DNA of 64,000 nt from positions 1,856,001 through 1,920,000 of the forward strand of contig OY970166.1 in the NCBI GenBank assembly GCA_963706595.1, read 5' to 3'. The first letter of the stretch is position 1, and each line of letters starts with the position of its first letter. The stretch is from an uncultured cyanobacterium (GTDB taxonomy: Bacteria; Cyanobacteriota; Cyanobacteriia; Cyanobacteriales; Nostocaceae). Positions 32,380 to 42,697 of this stretch are shown piece by piece. The notes beneath the pieces were generated by a model. The model saw only the letters and a program-made list of their open reading frames with translations. It was not told the origin of the DNA and made no database searches. A program made the position numbers and the translations under genes.

Positions 32380-32639
32380 TTTAGAAATTACGCACTGTAC
32401 AAATTTCTTATTTGGTAAATTAACGAAAATGGGTGATTTCAGGCTTTGATCAATTATCCCTTGATGGTTTAATGCCTGAAATCCATACCCCCTATTTGTT
32501 TCTTGGATCTGGAGGGAAGAAAAGTGGGAATATATAGTTAAGTCCCATTCAAGTGAGGTACAAGCAGTAATAATTAAACGCAGATGGACGCAGATAAACG
32601 CAGATAATTGTGTACTTTATTAGATTAATAAATGCTATA

Positions 32640-32741
32640 TATAGCAGTCCTAAATCATTTCTGAACCTCTTGACTTCTTCACTTGGCGACCTTGGCGGCT
32701 TGGCGGTTCGATAAATTCAGAAATCAAATAGGAGTCCTATA
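32640..32741. mobile_element. Short member of the TA-flanked MITE family
   Basis: TATAGCAGTCCTAAATCATTTCTGAA...TTCAGAAATCAAATAGGAGTCCTATA. Confidence 0.6.
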
Positions 32742-32763
32742 GTTAATTTCCAAGATAATATTC

Positions 32764-32991
32764 ATGCCCAGAAAAATTAGAGAGTTGAAAGCTCAGATTG
32801 CGCTTCAAGGATTCATATACTTACCCAAGCGTGGCAAGGGCAGCCATGAGCGTTGGCGACATCCTCTGCTGAGAAAAACACTGACAATCCCCGGCAAGGA
32901 TGGAGATGATGTCCCACTCTACCTAGAAAAACAACTAGACAAATTACTCACTGAACTAGAAATGTTAAAAGAGGAGGACGAAAATTCATGA
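32764..32991 (+). CDS. hicA: HicA family toxin
   Basis: RGKGSHERWRHP...TIPG. Confidence 0.9.
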   Translation: MPRKIRELKAQIALQGFIYLPKRGKGSHERWRHPLLRKTLTIPGKDGDDVPLYLEKQLDKLLTELEMLKEEDENS

Positions 32992-33206
32992 GTCGATATA
33001 GCATGATTATTCAATGGTCTGATGAAGATCAGCTTTTTCTGGTGACAATTCCAGAGTTTTCTGATTTAGTTGTGATGCCTTGTACTCACGGAAAAACTCG
33101 TGAAGAAGCAATTCACAACGGTGAAGAAGTTATTGAAATGTACTTAGAAGCTTGGCAAGCAGAAGGTGAGCCTATCCCTGAACCCATAACGCTTCAAGTT
33201 GCCTGA
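32988..33206 (+). CDS. hicB: HicB family antitoxin
   Basis: WS.EDQ.F.V.IPEF, THG.T.EEA, E.IPEP; ATGA overlap. Confidence 0.9.
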   Translation: MSRYSMIIQWSDEDQLFLVTIPEFSDLVVMPCTHGKTREEAIHNGEEVIEMYLEAWQAEGEPIPEPITLQVA

Positions 33207-33274
33207 TAATCTTCAGTAAGTGGGTGAATTGCAATTGATGTTCCACTACAAGCAATTATCTAGAGAAGTGACAA

Positions 33275-33739
33275 ATGATTATTAATCATGAAAATGTCCC
33301 CAGTCGGACAACTTCAACTTACCCCGATAAATTTAAACCTATGGTGTTCGGGAGAGTCAAACAGGCGTTAGGAAATGCGGCCGGATTGCAGAATTTTGGT
33401 GTAAATTTAGTTACTCTAGCACCGGGAAGTTGTTCTGCTTTGCGACATTGGCACACCCAACAAGACGAGTTTATTTACATTATAGAAGGTGAAGTGACCC
33501 TAGTTACTAACGCCGGAGCGCAAATTCTCACACCGGGAATGATGGCAGGTTTTCCAGCAGGTGAGGAAGATGGACATCAATTAGTAAATCGCTCCAATGT
33601 AGAGGTCGTTTATTTAGAAATAGGCGATCGCACTCCAGACGATGAGGTTTACTATCCAGACAATGACTTAATTGCTAAACGCGGTGCTGATGGACAGAGC
33701 ATATTCACACACAAAGACGGTACTTTATATGAAAATTAA
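33275..33739 (+). CDS. Cupin domain protein
   Basis: LGNAAGL.NFGVN, SALRHWH..QDEF.Y..EG, GHQL.N, YLEIGDR. Confidence 0.9.
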   Translation: MIINHENVPSRTTSTYPDKFKPMVFGRVKQALGNAAGLQNFGVNLVTLAPGSCSALRHWHTQQDEFIYIIEGEVTLVTNAGAQILTPGMMAGFPAGEEDGHQLVNRSNVEVVYLEIGDRTPDDEVYYPDNDLIAKRGADGQSIFTHKDGTLYEN

Positions 33740-33790
33740 CAATGATCAGCCATCAAAGTTTGAGACTGATCACTGTTAACTGTTAACTGA

Positions 33791-34993
33791 TTATGCTTCG
33801 TCTAAAGCGGCAATTCCAGGTAAGGTTTTACCTTCTAGCAACTCTAAACTAGCACCACCACCAGTGGAGATGTGGCTCATTTGGTCAGCTAAACCAACCT
33901 TTTCCACAGCCGCCACTGAGTCACCACCACCAATGATCGTGGTTGTACCAGTTTTACTAATTTCCGCCAGAGTATGCGCGATCGCCTCTGTACCTGCGGC
34001 AAATTTATCAAACTCAAACACACCCATTGGGCCGTTCCAAATCACGGTTTTACAATCAGCCAAAGCTTCTTGGAACACTTTAATCGAATCGGGTCCAATA
34101 TCTAAACCCATGCCATCAGCAGGAATATTGTCAATGCTGACAGTAGTAGCATTGGCATCGGGAGCAAACTTATCGGCTGAAACGATATCCGTAGGAAGCA
34201 GTAAAGCCACGCCACGTTCCTTGGCCTTAGCTTCCAAAGTCTTGGCTAGTTCTAGTTTGTCTTCTTCCACCAAAGACTTACCAACACTCAAACCACGGGC
34301 TTTGTAGAATGTAAAAATCATCCCACCACCAATGATCAGCTTGTCGCACTTCTCTAGCAAAGTTTCAATTACACCAATTTTGCTGGAAACTTTGGAACCG
34401 CCAATAATCGCTACCAAAGGACGTTGGGGACTTTCAATCGCGCTTTGCAGATACTGCAATTCCTTCTCGATCAAATATCCACCTACGGAAGGACTCAAAT
34501 AATGAGTTACACCTTCAGTAGAAGCGTGGGCGCGGTGTGCAGTCCCAAAAGCATCATTGACATAAAAATCAGCATTGGCTGCCAGTTTCTTGGCAAATTC
34601 TGGGTCGTTTTTCTCTTCTTCTTTGTAAAAACGGACATTTTCTAACAGCAGAACTTGTCCATTTTGTAAAGCCCCAACTTGGGCAGCAACTGCATCGCCG
34701 ATGCAATCATCAGTTTTGACAACTTCTTGACCAAGCAATTCTGAGAGACGTTTAGCAACGGGGGTCAAACGCAACTTATCATCTACACCCTTGGGACGAC
34801 CAAAATGGCTAGCTAAAATTACTTTAGCTCCTTTTTGCATCAAATCTTTGATGGTGGGCAGTGCAGCGCGAATGCGAGTATCGTCTGTGATGTTTCCTTT
34901 GTCATCCAGAGGCACGTTAAAGTCAACTCGGACTAAGGCACGTTTACCGGAGATATCAGCAGCAGACAAATTTGCTAAAGTTTTTTTGGACAT
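33791..34993 (-). CDS. pgk: Phosphoglycerate kinase
   Basis: [40 protein letters not shown]. Confidence 0.98.
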   Translation of the reverse strand: MSKKTLANLSAADISGKRALVRVDFNVPLDDKGNITDDTRIRAALPTIKDLMQKGAKVILASHFGRPKGVDDKLRLTPVAKRLSELLGQEVVKTDDCIGDAVAAQVGALQNGQVLLLENVRFYKEEEKNDPEFAKKLAANADFYVNDAFGTAHRAHASTEGVTHYLSPSVGGYLIEKELQYLQSAIESPQRPLVAIIGGSKVSSKIGVIETLLEKCDKLIIGGGMIFTFYKARGLSVGKSLVEEDKLELAKTLEAKAKERGVALLLPTDIVSADKFAPDANATTVSIDNIPADGMGLDIGPDSIKVFQEALADCKTVIWNGPMGVFEFDKFAAGTEAIAHTLAEISKTGTTTIIGGGDSVAAVEKVGLADQMSHISTGGGASLELLEGKTLPGIAALDEA

Positions 34994-35082
34994 AGATAGA
35001 CTCTCCTGATTGCCTTTTTGTTATTGTTTTGAAAGTAGAACCATCAAGATTTTACCGGAGTCAGGGGTGCTAGGAGAGAGAT

Positions 35083-35490
35083 ATGTTCAAAACAGTACTA
35101 TTTCCCATTGATCAAAGCCGAGAAGCACGGGAAGCTGCGGACGTTGTTACCAACGTTGTGCAAAAATATGGCAGTCGCTTAGTGCTGCTGTCTGTGGTGG
35201 AAGAACCACCCGCAGATGCACCAAGTCCAGATCCAATGGTGTCGTCAGAAGTTGTCTCCAAATTGCTGGAAAATGCCCAAGCCTTGTTTTCTGGGCAAGG
35301 AATTACCGCCGAGATTCTGGAAAGACAGGGTAAACCAGCCTTTACTATCTGTGATGTGGCTGATGACATTGGGGCAGATTTAATTATCATGGGCTGTAGA
35401 GGGTTAGGTTTGACTGAAGAGGGCGCAAGTGATAGTGTGACAACCCGTGTAATTAATCTTTCACCTTGTCCAGTGCTGATTGTGCCTTAA
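35083..35490 (+). CDS. Universal stress protein
   Basis: VLFPIDQS, G.P...I..., DLIIMGCRG, SV..RVI..SPCPVLIV. Confidence 0.92.
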   Translation: MFKTVLFPIDQSREAREAADVVTNVVQKYGSRLVLLSVVEEPPADAPSPDPMVSSEVVSKLLENAQALFSGQGITAEILERQGKPAFTICDVADDIGADLIIMGCRGLGLTEEGASDSVTTRVINLSPCPVLIVP

Positions 35491-36148
35491 ATCAGTGAAC
35501 AGTCAACAGTCAACAGTTATCAGGCGGTAGGGGCTGGTTTACATATCCCTCTTGAGATGAATAAACCTGCCCTTATGGGGATTTCGACTCACCAGTAACG
35601 CTTACCAGCAATTGCTGTGGTGTTTCAGCAGGGATTTAACTGATAACTGATAACTGATAACTGATTCGTAACATCCGTCCATCTTCACTGGTGACGCAGT
35701 TCGGTTATCCGGCTACTTGTAAGCAACTGAGGAGGGTGTTTTAGCGTCACTATAGATATAGTTAGTGAGGTGGAAGAAATTTATTTTTTTTAAACAAAAC
35801 GGTTTTACATTATAATTGTAAGATTTGTCTGAGATACTTTACTATCCGGTTGATTTGTCTTAATATAGAATAAGTGGAACTCATATCGACTTCATATTTT
35901 ACGGTTGCAGGTTGCGACTGAGGATAAAAAGAATTTTCGCAAATAACTAAGAGTGCTTCTAAGAGATTCAAAAATTTAGGGAAGGTAGAGGAACCTATAT
36001 CAGGGATGCATCTTCATCTTCCATAGGCGGTGTATGAATTGACTTCTTTTGGTAGCGCCCTATGTTCCGTGATATGTGTACTACCTTTCCAGACCAGATT
36101 TAGTTATTAAAGATCCGTCGTGTTTACGGAGTAGAGGACAACGCACCA

Positions 36149-37132
36149 ATGGCTATTGTTAACACCAAAACTGAAAACCACAATACCAAGTTCACGGCTG
36201 ATATGGTGAGAACCTATCTGCGGGAAATTGGTCGTGTACCACTGCTAACTCGAGATGAAGAGATTATTTTTGGGAAGCAGGTACAACAGATGATGACGCT
36301 TCTGGATGCTAAACAGGTTTTGGCAAAGGAGCTAGATCATGAACCAAGTTTACCAGAATGGGCTGCCCATGTTAACCTGCCGGAAGCAGAGGTGACACAG
36401 ACTGTGGCTCAAGGTAAACGAGCCAAGCAAAAGATGATTGAAGCGAACTTGCGCTTGGTGGTGGCGATCGCGAAGAAATACCAAAAGCGCAACATGGAGT
36501 TTTTGGATTTGATCCAGGAAGGAACTCTAGGTTTAGAACGGGGTGTTGAGAAGTTTGATCCCACCAGGGGTTATAAGTTTTCCACCTATGCTTACTGGTG
36601 GATTCGCCAAGCGATTACCCGCGCGATCGCACAACAAGGACGCACCATTCGTTTACCAATTCATATCACCGAAAAACTGAACAAAATCAAAAAAGTACAG
36701 CGAGAACTGGCGCAAAAATTTGGGCGATCGCCGACACCTACGGAAATTGCTCACGAGCTAGAACTAGAGCCGATGCAGATTCGCGAGTATCTCAACATGG
36801 CTCGTCAACCAGTTTCCTTGGATGTGAAAGTCGGCGATAACCAAGATACGGAATTGCAAGAAATGCTCGAAGATGAAGGTCCATCTCCAGAGTATTACAC
36901 CACCCAAGAATTTTTGCGTCAAGACCTGAATAACTTGTTGGCAGAACTCACTCCTCAACAACGTCAAGTCTTAGCTCTGCGCTTTGGTTTAGAAGATGGG
37001 AACGAAATGTCTTTAGCCAAAGTGGGTGAACGCTTAAATCTTAGCCGTGAGCGCGTCCGCCAGCTAGAACATCAGGCTCTTGCTCATTTGCGCCGTCGTC
37101 GCGCCAATGTTAAAGAGTACGTTGCTAGCTAA
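36149..37132 (+). CDS. Group 2 RNA polymerase sigma factor (SigB-like)
   Basis: DMVRTYLREIGRVPLL, ANLRLVV, DLIQEG, KFSTYAYWWIRQAI, SRERVRQLE. Confidence 0.93.
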   Translation: MAIVNTKTENHNTKFTADMVRTYLREIGRVPLLTRDEEIIFGKQVQQMMTLLDAKQVLAKELDHEPSLPEWAAHVNLPEAEVTQTVAQGKRAKQKMIEANLRLVVAIAKKYQKRNMEFLDLIQEGTLGLERGVEKFDPTRGYKFSTYAYWWIRQAITRAIAQQGRTIRLPIHITEKLNKIKKVQRELAQKFGRSPTPTEIAHELELEPMQIREYLNMARQPVSLDVKVGDNQDTELQEMLEDEGPSPEYYTTQEFLRQDLNNLLAELTPQQRQVLALRFGLEDGNEMSLAKVGERLNLSRERVRQLEHQALAHLRRRRANVKEYVAS

Positions 37133-37154
37133 AAGCAGATCGCTTTCGGTGACG

Positions 37155-37183
37155 CGCCTCCTGAACTCAGGGGGCGATTTTTT
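37155..37183 (+). terminator. Terminator after the sigma factor gene
   Basis: CGCCTCCTGA-AC-TCAGGGGGCG followed by a T-run. Confidence 0.65.
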
Positions 37184-37232
37184 ATGGAATTTCCCCAAAA
37201 TATCGGCACTCAATACCTTTCGGTTAAGGGAT

Positions 37233-37260
37233 GTAGAGACGTTCCATGGAACGTCTCTAC
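37233..37260. repeat. GTAG-type REP palindrome (3 copies)
   Basis: GTAGAGACGTTCCATGGAACGTCTCTAC; near-identical at 40408-40435 and 58742-58769, each inside its own outer IR pair. Confidence 0.85.
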
Positions 37261-37421
37261 AAGGGTTTTCGGCTCACGAATTTGCTTAACCGAACAGTAA
37301 ACCAGCTAATACATGGGGATAGAGCAAATCTCAAGCCAGATAATTAACATAAATTCATTAAGCCAATTACCGACAAATGTTAGTATATATAATCATGTCT
37401 GGAATTTTTGGCAACTAGTCT

Positions 37422-38660
37422 ATGCAGTTGGTCGAACGGCATATAATTCAACGAAATCATCCCCACTATCAAGAGATTGATCAGTTATGTTTTGCTGCTA
37501 AAAACCTCTACAATTATGCTAACTTCCACATCCGCCAAAGTTTTATCCTGACTCAAAAATATCTAGACTACAATCGTTTAGCTAAACAATTAAAATCTAC
37601 AGAACCATATCAAGCTTTACCCGCCAAAGTCGCCCAACAAGTATTATTAGGATTACATCGCAACTGGTTAAGCTTTTTTGCAGCAATTCAAGTATATACA
37701 GCAGATAAAAGCAAGTTTTTAGGCAGACCAAAATTACCCAAATATAAACACAAAGACAAGGGCAGACATTTATTAGTTTACACAGCCCAGTCTGTGAGTA
37801 AACCCAAAATGAAAGCTGGTGTAATTCATCTGTCAAAAACACAAATTGATATTCCAACAAAAGTAGAGTATGTACATCTAAATCAGGTGAGAATTGTCCC
37901 AAAACTTGACCATTATGTGCTAGAAGCTGTGTATGAAAAAGAGGAATTAGATCATGATTTAGACTCTAATGCTATAGCCGCGATTGATTTAGGCATAGAT
38001 AACCTAGCTACCTTAACATCTAACCAGCCTGGGTTTTTACCAGTTCTGGTTTCGGGGAGAATTATCAAATCCATTAATCGTTATTACAATCACAGAAAAG
38101 CTAAATTACAATCTTTACTACCAAGTCATCAAAAGACATCTAAACAACTGCAAAGTTTAACTAAAAAACGGAATTTTCGAGTTGATGATTATCTACATAA
38201 AGCCAGTCGGTTAGTTATTGACCATTTAGTGAAGCAGGGGGTTGGGACTTTAGTAATTGGTCAAAATCCCCTGTGGAAGCAAAATGCTAATTTGGGTAAA
38301 CGAAATAATCAAAACTTTGTTTGTATTCCGCATAATCGATTCGTACAGCAGTTGATTTATAAAGCGAAATTAGTGGGGATAAAGGTATTGGTTTCTGAGG
38401 AGTCTTACACCAGTGTGGCTTCTTTTTTAGACCAAGATATTATTCCTACCTATGGAAAAGCTGATGCGAAAGAAGTTAAATTTAGTGGCCGAAGAATCAG
38501 AACTAAGCTTTATAAAGCAGGTAATGGTAAACTGATTCACGCTGATGTCAATGGTAGTTTGAATATCTTACGTAAAGTAGTCCCGACAGCATTTAGTCTA
38601 GGGATAGGGGGCGTTGTAGTTCGCCCTGTCGGGATTATTCCCGGCAAACAAATGGCATGA
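37422..38660 (+). mobile_element. tnpB: Solo IS200/IS605-family TnpB (IS1341-like, no TnpA)
   Basis: KNLYN, PKLPKYK, AIDLGIDNLA (RuvC-I), DYLHKAS, EESYTS, HADVNGSLNI (RuvC-III). Confidence 0.9.
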
Positions 38661-38785
38661 AATATTTGTCTATGCTTTTTGGAACTATAAATCAAACCTT
38701 TGAGGGAACCTTGAACAATAGGTATGTGGTTATGGTTTAAGTAAGCTGCGTAAATAACAGTTAATTTTTTGACAGGAGAAATCGG

Positions 38786-39586
38786 GTGCTTAACAACATT
38801 ACTAACTTCTTGGCTGCGCGTCAGTTGAGACTTCCCATTCTGGGCTTACTTCTGACACTGGGCGTTGTGAGTGAACAAACTAAACCAGTCTTGAGTAACC
38901 AAATACAGACAGCATCTGGGGCGATGGAAGTAGATGCTAATTTTGCCGAATCAAGTCATCAAGCGCCTATTGTATCTCGCCTCAGACAAATTCGAGAACA
39001 AAGGAATTTAATTCGGACAATTGTGACTGAGACTCAAAATAGAAAAAATTATCAACAGTCGCAACTTGACACTTCAAATACTGACAACAGTCAACTTCAA
39101 CAGCGTTATAGATTTGTATCTTCTGCCAAATTATTGAATAATATCAGAACCACACCTGAAGCTACCTCCCTATTTACTCGCACGCCGGGATCTACAAGAG
39201 TAAATTTCCCCACACAAGATGGGACTTATCTCTATGGCGAATCGCCACAAGCTCACCAGATTGGGCAAGCGTATATACTATTTGAGCAGCGTCAAGGTAA
39301 AATCACTGGGGCGTTGTATATGCCTCAATCGGAGTTTAGTTGTTTTCAAGGTGCTATGGAGCAATCGGGACAATTGGCGATGACAGTTACTAGTTCTCCT
39401 GGTGAAGTTGGTGTGAATCAAATAGCTACAGCTAATCAATTCCAAATACCTAACTACAGTGATGACCAGATGAGCAGTTATGCTTACTCTGTAGGACTGC
39501 AAGACTATCATCAGCTTAACTCTATCAGCGCTAACGACCAACGCATTTTGCAGATGTGTAAAGAAGTTTACAGTGACGCTAATTAA
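38786..39586 (+). CDS. Hypothetical exported protein
   Basis: N-terminal hydrophobic segment; C-terminal DG.YLYGES...GALYMPQSEFSCF.G domain; GGAG RBS before GTG. Confidence 0.75.
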   Translation: MLNNITNFLAARQLRLPILGLLLTLGVVSEQTKPVLSNQIQTASGAMEVDANFAESSHQAPIVSRLRQIREQRNLIRTIVTETQNRKNYQQSQLDTSNTDNSQLQQRYRFVSSAKLLNNIRTTPEATSLFTRTPGSTRVNFPTQDGTYLYGESPQAHQIGQAYILFEQRQGKITGALYMPQSEFSCFQGAMEQSGQLAMTVTSSPGEVGVNQIATANQFQIPNYSDDQMSSYAYSVGLQDYHQLNSISANDQRILQMCKEVYSDAN

Positions 39587-40271
39587 AACTCAATTCCTGG
39601 TTGCGCCTTCACACCTTGATCCCGGAAAGGATGTTTGATGAGAGTCATTTCGGTGACTAAATCTGCTCGTTCGATTAAAGCTGCTGGTGCGCCTCGCCCT
39701 GTGAGAATTACGTGCTTATTGGGTGGTTTTTGTGCCAAACCTGCTAAAACTTCGTCTATTTGTAAATAGGCCATTTTCAGGGCGATATTGATTTCATCCA
39801 ACAGGTACCTAGCTGGAAGTCTGGATTGCGGATATATTCTAAGGATTTTTCCCAAGCGGCGCTGGCTTTATCGAGGTCGCGATCGCGGTCTTGAGTTTCC
39901 CAGGTAAAGCCTTCGCCCATAGCGTGAAATTCGATCTGGTCTTCCCAAAAGCTGAAAACTTGTTTTTCTGATGGTTCCCAAGCACCTTTGATGAATTGGA
40001 CAATGGCTACTTTATAACCATGACCAAGCGATCGCAACACCATTCCCAAGGCCGCAGTAGTTTTACCCTTACCGTTACCAGTATTGACGATAATTAACCC
40101 TTTTTCCGGTACAGCCTGGGCTATCCGCCGATCCTGTACTTCTTTACGCCGCTGCATCTTTTTGCGGTACTGTTCATCAGTTAAGTCAGTTAGGGTTGAG
40201 GACATCACTTCGTCTATTAAGCGTTCAATTTCTCTATCTGAGTCTAACCCGAATGGTGTATCACTTTTCAT
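39583..40271 (-). CDS. cobO: Cob(I)yrinic acid a,c-diamide adenosyltransferase, split by two +1 indels at ~39804-39810
   Basis: TGNGKGKTTAALG, VQFIKG, MGEGFTW, LDEIN, LTGR, KHPF...GIEF; removing two bases restores FQLVLLDEINIAL. Confidence 0.92.
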
Positions 40272-41381
40272 CAACCTTACCTGAAAAATAACTGCTGCAA
40301 TCAGTAGAATATGGATTGTTCAAACGCACTGGGCGCAGAAGCGCACCAGAGTTAGTGTTGAGAATACGAGATTTATGGCGTTGCTAAAACCAACTATGAA
40401 TTTAAATGTAGAGACGTTCAATGGAACGTCTCTACAATGGTTTTGACATGATCACAAAGCGTGTTCATACTTCAAATCAGCAACGCCAGATTTATTTAGG
40501 TAGTTTACTCAGGGCTTTTGATTGTCTTTCGCTTCTTAAACATACAAGAAAATTCATGGTTTCATAACTTGACTGTAACTAGAGGAATCCGATTTGCTAG
40601 CAAAAATTCGGGATGTGCAAAATTCCAAAATTATCGTTTTTGACCAATAACTTAGAAATGCGATGTTAACTTCCAATGATATGGCTTTGAGATCAGCAAA
40701 AATGTTGAATATCTACATTTTTGGCGAATTGTATTAACTGAATATTTGGAGATTGCTGGATTGAGAAGCCGAAGTTTTGACGGTGCGTTGCGCTACGCGA
40801 CAACACACCCTACATTAAAAGTTATTAATATAGCTTGAAATATTAGTGCCGACTTACTTACTAAAAGCCAGGGTTTTAAGAATATTTTTCTAGCATTCAT
40901 CAGGTCTGCTAAGGAAACTTCAATATTCCGGCGATGGGATTTCATAATTGTTGCAGACATATAGGAATCCGATTTGATTATTGAAAAAATCTAAGTATAT
41001 GTAGGGTGTGTTATGGCTTTAGCCTAACGCACCGTCTTCTGGGTCTTGGTGCCTGTACTCTCCTCGATCACACGCCCCAGTAAAATTACTATTGTGAAAT
41101 GAGTATAATTCTGGTTGGTTGTGGATAATGTATCCAGGATTATTCCCTACGGGTAATGTCAGAATTGCTTGAAATCTAGATAACATTAGATTCGGCGTGT
41201 TTATCATTCAGGAGAGTTATTCCTGATCATTCTTAGAGAAATTTTTGCCATAATTTTCTCAACATCCATTAATTACCTGAAAATTCCTGTACATCTCTTG
41301 TGGGGCGGGCATCTTGCCTGCCCTAATTATATAAATTACCAGAAAAGCTTCAGTATTTTAGTGAGAATTATGGTTTAATAG

Positions 41382-41399
41382 TTGCAAGTAATTCTTATT
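41382..41399 (+). promoter_or_regulatory. Putative Fur box upstream of AraC (a second candidate at ~42596-42612 upstream of the TonB-dependent receptor)
   Basis: AT-rich imperfect palindromes TTGCAAGTAATTCTTAT and TTGATAGTAATTATTAA in an iron-uptake context. Confidence 0.45.
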
Positions 41400-41461
41400 A
41401 AAATCAGCAATTGCTGACAATTAAGCACACCGTTGTCAAATTGCCAGCACCTAATCACCCT

Positions 41462-42442
41462 ATGACTCTTATCCTCTCCCAATCCGCTTACAATGAACTC
41501 GTCTATGAAAGTGAGGAGAATCAACCCACACCTGATACCTCTGATGAATTTGATGTAACTTATCAGTATCCAGTGAAACTTGGTAACGGTTACACTCGGT
41601 ATATCGATTTACGAACAGGATTAGATTTACATATTGGCAACTATCAATTGCATGATGAGATAATTACAAAATCCTCTGATAGAAAACATCAGATTGAGTA
41701 CACTTTCGACCTTTTAGGGATAAAGGCTGGAAGCTATGGCTTTTTTGGTAGCGGTTTAGCACCAGGGGAAAGTATAGAATGTTCACCAGTTCAACCGATC
41801 GCCTGGGTGAGTGTTCATGTAGAACCTGACTTATTTTGCCAATGGTTTGGCCATAAGGGAGAATTACCAGCAAATTTGCAACCATTAATCCGTAAATCAG
41901 ATCAAAAATATTATGAACGTTACGGTAAGACCACCTCTGCAATGCAAATGGCACTACAACAACTGTTAGGCTGTCCGTATCAGGGAAACACAAAGCGGGT
42001 GTATCTGGAAAGCAAAGTTTGGGAATTGATGGCGCTTCAGGTTGACCAATTCCTGGAAACTCAGACTGTGGAGACAACCAGCAAAATTTTAAATGCAGAA
42101 GACATTGAGCGGATTCATTACGCCAGTGAAATTTTATTGACGCGGTTAGATCAGCCACCTTCGTTGATGGAGTTGGCGCGGATGGTGGGAATTAATGACA
42201 ATAAATTGAAGGTGGGATTTAAGCAGGTGTTTGAGACAACAGTGTTTGGCTACCTGCATGATTGTCGCATGGAGCGATCGCGCCAAATGTTAGCAGCCGG
42301 TAGATTAACGGTAACTGAAGCCGCAAAAGCCGTAGGATTTGCCAACCGAGGTTATTTTGCTGCGTCATTCCGCCGTAAATTTGGCGTAAATCCGGGAATT
42401 TATCTCAACGCAAAACGACAAAAAATCAAAAACTCCGGCTAG
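41462..42442 (+). CDS. AraC family (PchR-like) transcriptional regulator
   Basis: YLESK..EL, PPSL.ELAR.VG.ND.KLK.GF, VGF...YF...F..KFGVNP. Confidence 0.93.
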   Translation: MTLILSQSAYNELVYESEENQPTPDTSDEFDVTYQYPVKLGNGYTRYIDLRTGLDLHIGNYQLHDEIITKSSDRKHQIEYTFDLLGIKAGSYGFFGSGLAPGESIECSPVQPIAWVSVHVEPDLFCQWFGHKGELPANLQPLIRKSDQKYYERYGKTTSAMQMALQQLLGCPYQGNTKRVYLESKVWELMALQVDQFLETQTVETTSKILNAEDIERIHYASEILLTRLDQPPSLMELARMVGINDNKLKVGFKQVFETTVFGYLHDCRMERSRQMLAAGRLTVTEAAKAVGFANRGYFAASFRRKFGVNPGIYLNAKRQKIKNSG

Positions 42443-42555
42443 CGATACCTCCGGTCAGCAAAGCTAACGCAAAAACTCCGTCTAGCGATACCTCCGGTCA
42501 GCAAAGCTAACGCAAAAACTCCGTCTAGCGATCGCAAAAACTCCGGCTAGTGATC
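42428..42555 (+). promoter_or_regulatory. Four direct repeats AAAAACTCCG(G/T)CTAG(C/T)GAT, probable AraC operator; two carry 21-nt insertions in HIP1
   Basis: Copies start at 42428, 42471, 42514, 42536. Confidence 0.7.
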
Positions 42556-42697
42556 ATAGTATTCACCCATACCTGATAAATTTCCTGTAATCTACTTGAT
42601 AGTAATTATTAACTAATGGCATGGGTATAGGTTGGTACTGAGATTAATTTCCCAGTCCCTAAGTCCCCATTCCCTGATTTATGTGGTGAAGAGAGTG

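Noticed and set aside
42428..42555. Regularly spaced repeats resembling a mini CRISPR array
   Set aside because: The spacers are identical to each other, the repeats are short, and no cas genes are present; better explained as operator repeats with HIP1 insertions
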